The notes beneath the pieces are model-generated. The model searched no databases. It had not been told where the DNA came from and was given only the letters and a program-made list of their open reading frames with translations. The translations under genes and the position numbers were made by a program. From Carpediemonas membranifera BICM (taxonomy: Eukaryota; Protista; Fornicata), in NCBI GenBank assembly GCA_019828565.1, contig JAHDYR010000005.1:1677308-1741307 (forward strand): 64,000 nucleotides of DNA, in the 5' to 3' direction. This document shows, piece after piece, positions 22,330 through 31,258 of this stretch (within the stretch, counting starts at the first letter, position 1; the number at the start of each line of letters is the position of its first letter).

Positions 22330-25300
22330 TCAGTAGCTCGACAGATCATCCATAGAGACACTATCAGAGCTGTACTCGTGTAAAGATGCCACCGATTGGG
22401 CCGTGAGATTCGACATAGTCTCTTGAGTCACCTCGATAACTGGATACAGTTTGACTGAATCAAGGCGAATGAGACCACGCGTTGACACAGAATAGTCACT
22501 TGTGGTTGTGCTCGTCGTGCTAGACTGGGAGTGAATGCTATCAGCAGACCCCTTTCTGCCCTTCCGTTGCCTGGCCGACATTATTTCGATGTGACTGCTG
22601 AAGCACACTTGTCTGGAGGATTTGCTTTCCTTGCCATACCAATGGAGGAGACGGAAACCGGCGTAGTAGATGAGAACGAGGAGGACGGTGACGAGAACGG
22701 CGATGAAAATACCGACGATGAAAGCACTTGCAGCTGCCACGCCCAGTATTGATTGGACGACAGCAATCAGCATGCCAGTGTCATTGCTGGGATCCGGGGC
22801 CAGTGAGAGCGTCGTCGTAAGGAAGGCTGTCCCGCCCAGACGTGCGGTGACGGCAAACTCAGAGTCAGAGTCGGAGTCAGAGTCGGAGTCGGCCGAGGCA
22901 AACGCAGACGAGGGTTGGACACACAGGGCAGTACCAGAGATGTAGGCCTCGGCCTCGACCCCGTTGACCAGGACACTGAGGTCGTCGGTGCTGGTGATCG
23001 ATACGGAGCCTCCTGCAAGGTAGACGCACACCTCGGAGTCACTGGTAATGTTGGCCGAGGGGGAGAGGCGCTCCTCGACGACAGAGGCGGTGACAGCCTC
23101 CTGTGAGATGCATGTGATGTGGGCGTTTCTGTAGGCGGCGCTTGTGAGCTGTTTGGGGCCAAGGCCTGTCATCGTCATGGCGGCAGGGCATATGGCGCTC
23201 GTGGTCGCCGCAGTAAGGCGGGGTCCTTCCAACGTCGTCGTTGGATCAGAGATGGTGTAGTTCCCACTTATACGAACCGTTAACGTCTGCGTCGTGCCGT
23301 CAGACATAGATACAACAGCTGTGTAGTTCCCAGCAGCCACGGTGGAGGAGGAAACGACGGGTACAACGAGCGTCTGGCCGCTATCGTCAGTAACAAGCTC
23401 GCACGCGGCGTTGTTGAACGTGGCTGCGGTCACCCTGGTCTTCGTGGCGTTCGTCGAGACAGTGATGGCGGCGGGAGAAGTCGAGTCAAGTGTTGAGGAT
23501 GTGGGTACGATCTGAGTGCACGCGGTGAAGCCTAGCAGGCCCTCGGGAGTGCCGTAGTTGCTGGGGCACTGCTGGCACGAGGTCTGGCGAGTGTCCGATT
23601 GGTAGTACCCGTCGTTGCATGGAAGCTGGGTCGAACTGGCTATGTCAGGCGCGTAGTAGCCAGCAGAGACGTCAACACAAGCTGTCTGACCGTCAAGGGG
23701 TTGGTAGGTGCCCGCCGAGCAGGCCTGCTGGCCGTGCTGTGCTGTGAGGGCGACGTAGTGACCTGGTTCGGCATTGATACATGTCGCCTGCCCCGTTTCA
23801 TTCTGGAAAGACCCAGCCGCACACTCGAGCTGTGTCATGTGGGGCTCAGCGTCGTCAGGAACGTAGTAGCCGATGTCACAGGTCAGGCAGGTGTCCCGGC
23901 CTGCTTCAGGCCCGTAGGATCCGGCCGCGCAGACCAGCTGTGCAGTACGATCAGTACTGGCTCTCCAGCCAGCGTCTGAAGGAACACAGCTGGTCTGGCC
24001 AGACTCGTTCTGGTATGCGCCAGCCTCGCAAGGGGTCTGTATAGACGACCCGGCACCTGGGACGAAGAAACCCGGCTCAGCTGGGATGCACGAGGGCCGT
24101 TGAGCGTACTCTTGGTATGTCCCAGGCTGGCAGCTCTCCTGTGCGGTGTGTGGCTTGCTATCGGCTGGTACGTAGTGGCCAGCAGTGGCATTGAGGCAGA
24201 CATCCATGGCTGGGGCAGGCTGGTATTTGCCGTCGTCACACTGACGCTGCTTAGTTCTGTCGGTGGCGGGCACGTGATAGCCGGGGTCGGCAGCGTCACA
24301 TGCGCCTTGTCCAGCCCCCGAATAATGGCCGGTTTCACAGGCGATCTGGGCAGTCGCTCCAGGGCCAGCGGCGTAGTAGCCCGCGGTGGCAGTGATGCAG
24401 CTAGCCATGCCAGAGGTGGGCTGGTACGTGCCCGCAGCACACTCTGCCAGGTGACCGGCTGTGGCCCAGCTCCCGGCAGCGGCGGGGGCGCACACCTTCT
24501 CGTCGGCTGAGGCTGTGTACGTCCCCTCGGGGCATGTGGGGCATGAAACAGCGTCCATGGAGTATGTTGAGGCAGGGCATGCTGCCCTTAGCTGGAATAT
24601 GGTGCAATTGGCCGCAGCGATGGCCAGACCGTCGACAGTAAATGCAGCAGATGTAGCGGGGATGGTGGCAGATGCCAGCAGCATGGGTGTGGTACCAGGG
24701 GTGTATGCGTAGTAAGAGTCCGACGACAACACAGTCAACACGCTGTTACTAACATCGATCGCCATACCAAACTGGGTCGTCGTGGTTCGCGGATTGAAGT
24801 AGATGGAGTCGACCGCCGCCTTCCAGGTAGTTGGGGTGAAAGCAATGACTCTGCCGATCGGGGTGACCCCATCTGCTGTGGCATCCGCCGCGCGAGGCTG
24901 TCTCGTGCTGTAGGGGGCCCCGACGTAAAACACACCAGCATCAATCGCCAGCGAGGCGCCGAAACCCTCGCCCCGTCTGGAGGGCGAGAAGGTCTTGACG
25001 TACTCGTATTTTCCAGTGGAGGAGGAGAGTTTGTAGAAGGCTACGAGACCGCGCTTGGAGTCATATGAGGGCATGCCGACGAGCAGCATTCCCTCGGCTG
25101 TTGCGATAGCGGCACCGAAGGCCTCACCCGCGGATGTGGAGCTTCCGACGGCCGAGGGGCATGAGATCGTCTGGATCAGTGTCCAATCATTTGATGAATA
25201 GACATAGACTACACCACTGCTCGGAAGACCACTGGGGTCCGCGGCGAGCGATGCAGCGACGATGATGTTGCCAATGTCATCAATAGCTACAGCCGAGCCG

Positions 25301-26745
25301 AATCCGTCGCCATCGACACCTGACGAAAGAACATGGTCGAACGAAAGGTCTGTGGGTGACCAGGAGGATACCAGCACAGTGCTGATGGCGGGGCTGGACT
25401 GGTTGAACAGACCGACAGCCAGCAAGGTGTCGCTGAGGGCGAGAGAAGCGTTTGTCGCAGTCTCGGTAAAAGTGTGCGTGGCGACTGTGGAGAAGTCAGA
25501 GTCAAGGATGGTCAAAGTCATGTCTGAGTCGACGATCGATGGGGATATGTAGAGGTCGCTGGATGCAATAACAGGGCCGGCAAGGGCCAAGTCGATTGCT
25601 CCTATGGTTCTCAATACAGCGAGATCATCAGCGTCCTTCGTTCCGACCTCATTCGTCGTCACTGCGGATACAATGTCTGCGGCTACAGTCGCCGTAGTCG
25701 TTACATCGCCCAGCATGGATGGCGCTGGTGTGATATACACTGCACTGCCGGTGGCGACGTAAACTGTTCCATGGGTGCAGGTTAAGGCACCGCCTGCCCG
25801 TTCGTTGCCGGAGAGTGGGAATACGATGGTGGCGACGGGCAGACCTCCTCTGTTGGCGTCGTATGCCAGGATCCTGCCGCTATCACCCCAAGTAGGGTCA
25901 CCGACGAGCAGGATCTCAGTTGAAGAGCAGAGCGTGACGTCGCCGATAAGTAGCGCATCAGTGTCTGGGAGCTCGAACCTCGTGCCCTGTCCTACTATAG
26001 CGATGTCCACGGTCCTCACCTCCGTCTGGGTGCCATAGAGGATGAGGTGGCCGGCGGTCCAAAGTCGAGAGCCGGCGTTCATCGGGGCACGGCTAGTGCG
26101 GTGGGAATGGGTGGCTGTGTCGAATAGGTGGAGCACGCCAGTGCCTGGCTCGCTTGCTACGAGGGTATCTGGGCTGGCTGAGACGGCGTACCCGAGCATG
26201 GAGTGGTCTTTGCCCGCCACGGTGGCAGCAAGGGACCAGTGCGTGGAAGAGGGGCTGTCAGTGCTGTATACACATACCATGCCGCTTCCCTTGTTGTGTG
26301 AGGGAGCTCCAATCACCAGGGCGCCGTCGTTCATAGCAACTCTCAGGGGTCCTGTGCCGCATTCAACGGTCTGGGACGGATCGCCTGAGTTGAGGTCGTC
26401 CATGTGGAACAGCTTGACAGTGCTGCCGCCACCTGAATCGGCGAGTGCGAGCCAGTGGCCTGAACTGGAAAGGGCGCCACCATCCATTTCGTATTCGGCT
26501 GTTTGAAGACGTCGACTGTTAGATGGAGACGCTTTCGCCACGATGATTGATGTAATATGTCTATAGCCATCATCCTGTATAGTTATTGGCAGAACTAGTG
26601 CGTCATTGTTCCACATCATGTTCGAGAAAGTGTGTGGCGAACCAATTCGAAGTATTTCAGAATTCTGCGTGAAGCATGTGGCTTCTACGTAGAGTATAGA
26701 GAGAACTGCGAAGAAAAGCAGCGTTTCTAGGACAATTTTGGGCAT
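22330..26745 (-). CDS. Large type-I surface protein with FG-GAP beta-propellers, Cys-rich GCC2/GCC3 (ephrin-receptor-like) repeats and a TM helix
   Basis: Signal peptide, FGSAVAI/VGAP repeats, about 10 CxAGxYQ...C...GxY repeats, a C-terminal TM helix and a cytosolic tail. Confidence 0.8.
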   Translation of the reverse strand: MPKIVLETLLFFAVLSILYVEATCFTQNSEILRIGSPHTFSNMMWNNDALVLPITIQDDGYRHITSIIVAKASPSNSRRLQTAEYEMDGGALSSSGHWLALADSGGGSTVKLFHMDDLNSGDPSQTVECGTGPLRVAMNDGALVIGAPSHNKGSGMVCVYSTDSPSSTHWSLAATVAGKDHSMLGYAVSASPDTLVASEPGTGVLHLFDTATHSHRTSRAPMNAGSRLWTAGHLILYGTQTEVRTVDIAIVGQGTRFELPDTDALLIGDVTLCSSTEILLVGDPTWGDSGRILAYDANRGGLPVATIVFPLSGNERAGGALTCTHGTVYVATGSAVYITPAPSMLGDVTTTATVAADIVSAVTTNEVGTKDADDLAVLRTIGAIDLALAGPVIASSDLYISPSIVDSDMTLTILDSDFSTVATHTFTETATNASLALSDTLLAVGLFNQSSPAISTVLVSSWSPTDLSFDHVLSSGVDGDGFGSAVAIDDIGNIIVAASLAADPSGLPSSGVVYVYSSNDWTLIQTISCPSAVGSSTSAGEAFGAAIATAEGMLLVGMPSYDSKRGLVAFYKLSSSTGKYEYVKTFSPSRRGEGFGASLAIDAGVFYVGAPYSTRQPRAADATADGVTPIGRVIAFTPTTWKAAVDSIYFNPRTTTTQFGMAIDVSNSVLTVLSSDSYYAYTPGTTPMLLASATIPATSAAFTVDGLAIAAANCTIFQLRAACPASTYSMDAVSCPTCPEGTYTASADEKVCAPAAAGSWATAGHLAECAAGTYQPTSGMASCITATAGYYAAGPGATAQIACETGHYSGAGQGACDAADPGYHVPATDRTKQRQCDDGKYQPAPAMDVCLNATAGHYVPADSKPHTAQESCQPGTYQEYAQRPSCIPAEPGFFVPGAGSSIQTPCEAGAYQNESGQTSCVPSDAGWRASTDRTAQLVCAAGSYGPEAGRDTCLTCDIGYYVPDDAEPHMTQLECAAGSFQNETGQATCINAEPGHYVALTAQHGQQACSAGTYQPLDGQTACVDVSAGYYAPDIASSTQLPCNDGYYQSDTRQTSCQQCPSNYGTPEGLLGFTACTQIVPTSSTLDSTSPAAITVSTNATKTRVTAATFNNAACELVTDDSGQTLVVPVVSSSTVAAGNYTAVVSMSDGTTQTLTVRISGNYTISDPTTTLEGPRLTAATTSAICPAAMTMTGLGPKQLTSAAYRNAHITCISQEAVTASVVEERLSPSANITSDSEVCVYLAGGSVSITSTDDLSVLVNGVEAEAYISGTALCVQPSSAFASADSDSDSDSDSEFAVTARLGGTAFLTTTLSLAPDPSNDTGMLIAVVQSILGVAAASAFIVGIFIAVLVTVLLVLIYYAGFRLLHWYGKESKSSRQVCFSSHIEIMSARQRKGRKGSADSIHSQSSTTSTTTSDYSVSTRGLIRLDSVKLYPVIEVTQETMSNLTAQSVASLHEYSSDSVSMDDLSSY

Positions 26746-27065
26746 TGCTAAACGTGGTGTATAGCTTTCGCGGAAGAATCTACGAAAAATCGGACTGTAA
26801 TTGGCCAATTATACAGCACATTACAGCGCGAACAACGGTAATGGAGCTACCAGACACACTGCGGGCTTGACTTAGATTTAGTCAGATCGTCAGACCCACT
26901 GCCACAGCTGCTGTAAATAAAACTTTAAAGAGCCGCGAAATGATGCCGCGTCACATACAATACGTTATGCGCACTCAGCCCAGCCCATGCGCGGCCAAGC
27001 TGGCCTCTTCCGGCTCATGCGCGAAAAAAGATGAGCACCAACTACGAGACACTTTGAGGTAGCTG

Positions 27066-28157
27066 ATGAGTAGTGCTCGCCTGAACATAGATGGAAGCTC
27101 GGATCCGTCCTATCGTTATAAGATGGACGCGTTGGAGACCCACCAGCGTGGCCGTGGCAACGGTAGCTGGACCAGTCTCACCAATCTCGACAAGGTGGCC
27201 ATGGATTTGAAGATAGACGTCGATTTCCTCTTCAAGTTCTTTAGTTTCTTCCTTGATACCGCTACAAAGATCACTGACAAGACCCTCGAGCTGAACGGCC
27301 ACCACGAGAAGGCAGACCTTCAGGCCGCGCTCCAAGTCTTCATTAGACGGTTCATTCTGTGCTCTGGCGAGCCTCATGGTTGTGGAAAGCCCGAGTTGAC
27401 AATAATTCTCGAGGGCAAGGACATCATTTGTGATTGCAGAGCTTGCGGTAAGCGTCGGCGCATTGAAGACAACAAGAAGAAGTCCGAGAAGGACAATGCC
27501 AAGATGCTGAAGATGCTCAGCTACTTCCACAAGCCCATGAACAAGAGCAAGTTTGCCACCCACGACGGCATGCGCGAGGCGGCCACTGAGTCCGACGACG
27601 CCGTGCTGCAGGACCCCGTCACGCGGATCCGCGAGGTGCTCGATCTCGGCGCCAAGCCCGTGCTCTCAGAGATGAGGGCGATGAGGCAAGACGGCTCCTT
27701 GAAGAAGCGTGACCGGCTGCCCCTCGTGGTCGCCGCGGTGTTCAACGCTGACCTTCTGGCGCCCAAGGAGACCATGGAGGACGAGGACGGCGACAGCGTC
27801 GAGTGCAACGCCCTCCAGAAGCACGCTGACCTGCTCGACCTCCTTCTCGAGTCGACGGAGATGCAGTTCGTGTTGCTGCGGTCGTTTGAGCTGCTCATCA
27901 TGAAGTTCCGCGAGGACCTGCTCAACCCCCGCAGCGTATGCGGTATCCTGGGCATCCTCCACGAGGAGGGCCTTGTGGACGAGGACGCCATCATTGAATG
28001 GTCCGCGAGCAACAGCCCTATGGTACCCCGGGCATTCCACACGGAGGTAGTCAATCACGCTGATCAGCTCATCCAGTTCCTGGAGGCGAGCGACAGCGAG
28101 GAGGACGATGATAGTGACGATGACGAAAGTGGCGAAGAAAGTGGGAGCGATTGGTAA
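27066..28157 (+). CDS. eIF5: Eukaryotic translation initiation factor 5
   Basis: DPSYRYKM, GRGNG, zinc-ribbon CGKPE...CRACG and W2 domain (EDAIIEW, FLEASDSEE). Confidence 0.92.
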   Translation: MSSARLNIDGSSDPSYRYKMDALETHQRGRGNGSWTSLTNLDKVAMDLKIDVDFLFKFFSFFLDTATKITDKTLELNGHHEKADLQAALQVFIRRFILCSGEPHGCGKPELTIILEGKDIICDCRACGKRRRIEDNKKKSEKDNAKMLKMLSYFHKPMNKSKFATHDGMREAATESDDAVLQDPVTRIREVLDLGAKPVLSEMRAMRQDGSLKKRDRLPLVVAAVFNADLLAPKETMEDEDGDSVECNALQKHADLLDLLLESTEMQFVLLRSFELLIMKFREDLLNPRSVCGILGILHEEGLVDEDAIIEWSASNSPMVPRAFHTEVVNHADQLIQFLEASDSEEDDDSDDDESGEESGSDW

Positions 28158-28283
28158 TTTAAATCCCGGATTAAGGGTGAGGATGGTGTTGGGTGGGCTG
28201 AAGTACTGCTGGTACAGTGCAGAAGCCACTGGATCGGGGGCGAGTTTGATCTCGTGACAGTTTATGGCAAAAGTGCTTCGGTG

Positions 28284-28924
28284 ATGAACAACCTCGCCTC
28301 GGAACCTCGCCGCACATCAACTGGCCGTCGCATTGATCCCGGAATTGTGCAGATCAACAGCATGTCTGATCGCATGAACCACGAGCAACTTCGTAGTTTG
28401 CTTGCTGGAGCCATGGACGCGCTGTTCAAGGAGCATATGCTGAACAGCAACGTCCCTGCCGCCGGTATTGGGCGCATTTTCCTTATTCCCAAGCGTTTGT
28501 TTCCATCAACACATTTACCACAGCTGGCAACGGCCCAATTGGCTACGTCGAGTTCCTCGACAAGCGCTACGCGTACCGCCTTGCCCAGTGCCTTAACGAC
28601 GGCAGCACAGTGAGAGCAGCCGGGCGGCGCGTTGCTAAGATCCATTGGATGCTTCAGTACCTCAGCAAGGTCACGTGGGATGATCTTACTCGCCAGAACA
28701 AGTTCAACAAGGCAGTAAGAGACAAGCGGACCGACCTGGAACTCACTAAGCTGCGCAAGGAAGATGAGAAGACCATGGCTAGCATGGAAACTGCCAAGAA
28801 GGTCCGTTCAATGAAGCAGAGAAAGGGCGGCAAGTGGGTCGATAAGAAGGGAAAGAACAAGGTCGTCAAGAGGGCGGGGCAGAAGAAGAGCATGAGCAAC
28901 GTCGCCATGAGTAAGTTGCTATAG
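28284..28924 (+). CDS. ESF2: Pre-rRNA processing protein ESF2/ABT1; intron 28495-28523
   Basis: GIV...GRIFL, GYVEF and W..QYLSKVTWDDL motifs. A 29-nt GTTTGT...CAG intron restores the frame. Confidence 0.82.
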
Positions 28925-28992
28925 GTTTAAATCATTCGCGGTTGGCCTCGTCTTTCCTGGCCTGCTAGTTTTATATCACAGTGCCAACAGCC

Positions 28993-30057
28993 TCACTTGG
29001 CGTTACTAAGTGCCGTTGCCCGCTCTACCACGCCCTTATACTGGCCTATTAACTCGCCCACTCGAGTCACCAACCTTGGGTAGTCCGCCGGGTTCGTGGG
29101 TCGACCCAGCACCTCTCGCCGCTGTCTGAATGCCTTGGCTGCTCTCAGTTCGAGTGAAACAATTGCTATCCTGACCGAGGCGAGGGTCTCGGCCATCTGA
29201 CTCTCGTGGCTCTCCCTCAATGCCTTGTCCGCGCTGAGTTCAAGCGCCTGGCTGTCTCTACGGTCAAGCTCTGCTGATAGCTTGGCTGCTCTATTCTGGG
29301 CGGCGAGTACAGAGGTAGACATCTCGACTTTCATCGATGCAATGGCGGCTCTTTTCTCGTCCGCCTCTTGCTGTCTGCCCTGAATGGTTCTAGTCAGCTC
29401 AGCACGGGTCGACATGAGTGTTTCATGCTTGAACATGACGTCGTCCGTCCCTGCGAGTTCGGCAGCCCGCCCAATGAAATCTTCAAAAGGGCGCATTGCC
29501 TGGAGCTTCTCCTCGATGCTCTGCCGCTCGGCGTGCAATGACTCGAGTTCCTTCCGCAGCTCATCCGCCGTGTCATCGAGACCCTTGACCTCGTCTGCTT
29601 CCCTTCTCGCCTTCATCTCGGCGCGGGACTTCTTGCCGTTGTTCTCGGCTACAAACTTTTGGAACCTAGTCACCTGTGTCCGTAGCTCTGCCTGCCGCTC
29701 GATAAGCTCAGTCTCCTTGCGTTGCCAGACAAGCTTAAGCTCGTCCATCTCAACTTTCTTCTGATCAACTCGGGCTTGGAGGGCTGATAGCTCACGCTTC
29801 GCTTGAATGAGAGCCATTTCATCCGCAGACTTGCCTTCTGTTGTGATGAATGGCATAACGCCCTCCAGGGCCTCGTCGGTGCCCTCGTGTATCAATTCTG
29901 TGATAAATGCGGCCTTATTCTCTGTAGAACCCCCGAAAGCTTTCCCATTATCTGCAGTTCCGGTAAATTTCGTACTCTTTCCCTTCGCAGAGGCTTGCAT
30001 GGCTGCGTCGAGTATTTCGCCGTTTCGAGGAAATGATCCCATCAAAGTTGACGGCAT
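28993..30057 (-). CDS. CCDC42/CFAP73-like coiled-coil flagellar protein (DUF4200)
   Basis: RFQKFVAENNGKKSRAEMKA segment typical of DUF4200, within a long coiled coil. Confidence 0.7.
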   Translation of the reverse strand: MPSTLMGSFPRNGEILDAAMQASAKGKSTKFTGTADNGKAFGGSTENKAAFITELIHEGTDEALEGVMPFITTEGKSADEMALIQAKRELSALQARVDQKKVEMDELKLVWQRKETELIERQAELRTQVTRFQKFVAENNGKKSRAEMKARREADEVKGLDDTADELRKELESLHAERQSIEEKLQAMRPFEDFIGRAAELAGTDDVMFKHETLMSTRAELTRTIQGRQQEADEKRAAIASMKVEMSTSVLAAQNRAAKLSAELDRRDSQALELSADKALRESHESQMAETLASVRIAIVSLELRAAKAFRQRREVLGRPTNPADYPRLVTRVGELIGQYKGVVERATALSNAK

Positions 30058-30302
30058 TTTTGTGGGCAACTCGGGTGGTTCTGGGGAATCCTTCGAATGA
30101 TCGGCGTGGGATCCAGATTTTCAAAGTTGAAATCCGTTCCTTTAACGAGCCTGTCTATAGAAAGGCATTTCAAACTGAAAGGAGAGTCTTCTGATATCAC
30201 CAAGTGAGACTCATGGCCAACCAACACTGTATCGACGTCCGCTCCGCGATCGATCAATAGTTTTGTCGGATTTGGCACCAGAATTGTCGCGTCGTTTTCT
30301 CG

Positions 30303-31037
30303 ATGGAGGTAACTTACGACTATGGGACCGAGGGCATTCTCGTTATGGTTTCTCTCTTTTTGTTCATGTTCTGCCTCCGTGCTGCGCAGACGCTTATTTT
30401 GAAGAAGCTGGACGCCGGGAAGGCCAAACCGCTCGCCACTACCGCCAAGGAGTCTATGGTCAAGCAAATCAACAACCTTATCGACAACGGCCACCTTCTT
30501 ACAGAGGATGAGTTTAACAGACACCGCAACTACTTCTTTGAGGAACGTGAAAAGCTCATCAAGCTTGATAGAGGCAGCAAGGGCGGTATGTTCGCCAGTA
30601 TGGGTGATCCCAGCGCCGCCTCTGGCATGATGTCCCGACAGATGATCACCATGGCTCCGAACTTCCTGATTATGTTCGCCGTCAACCTCTTTCCCCAAAT
30701 CATCGTCGGCCGCTTCCCCTTCCACGTCCCAGAGCAGTTTGCCGGCATCACCCAGCGCGGTGTAGAGGCTGCTGGGCTGCCAGCCTGCTACTTCTCGACT
30801 CAGTCGTGGTACATCATGTGTCTCATCCTCGTGCCCATCGCACTCAAGCTGGTGTTCAAAAGAGCCGGTGTTCAGCCCGCCTCGGTGCCCGGTATGCCTG
30901 CTGCCGGCCCTGCTACGGCCGTGACTGTTGCTGCGAGCATTGAGCGGCTGCGTACGATCAAGTACGACGAGATTGCGATGAAGGCGGATTCACTCGAGAC
31001 TGTCGCAAGGGCCGAGTTGGAAGATATTCAGGGGTAA
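30303..31037 (+). CDS. EMC3: ER membrane complex subunit 3
   Basis: RFPF...FAGITQRGV...L...YFSTQSWY signature and TM segments. Confidence 0.85.
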   Translation: MEVTYDYGTEGILVMVSLFLFMFCLRAAQTLILKKLDAGKAKPLATTAKESMVKQINNLIDNGHLLTEDEFNRHRNYFFEEREKLIKLDRGSKGGMFASMGDPSAASGMMSRQMITMAPNFLIMFAVNLFPQIIVGRFPFHVPEQFAGITQRGVEAAGLPACYFSTQSWYIMCLILVPIALKLVFKRAGVQPASVPGMPAAGPATAVTVAASIERLRTIKYDEIAMKADSLETVARAELEDIQG

Positions 31038-31258
31038 GATGCGGTGCTTTTATGTGGATAAAACGTTTCACCATGGTTTTATTGTGGTGTTCTTGGCTGA
31101 GAGATTGGGTCGGGTCAAGAATTTTGAAATGACTAAATCAGGCATGATAGTTGCTATTGATCATCTGTATACTCCACTCTTTCCCGTCAAGCATCCCGTT
31201 GCTTGGATCTGAATTGTCAGTTTTGGTCGAATTCTCACATCAACAGGCCCTGCTGAAA

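Noticed and set aside
22857-22891. (GAGTCA/G)n microsatellite; similar repeats at 7131-7157 and 10080-10130
   Set aside because: They encode DS, RQ and PA dipeptide runs in ordinary proteins.
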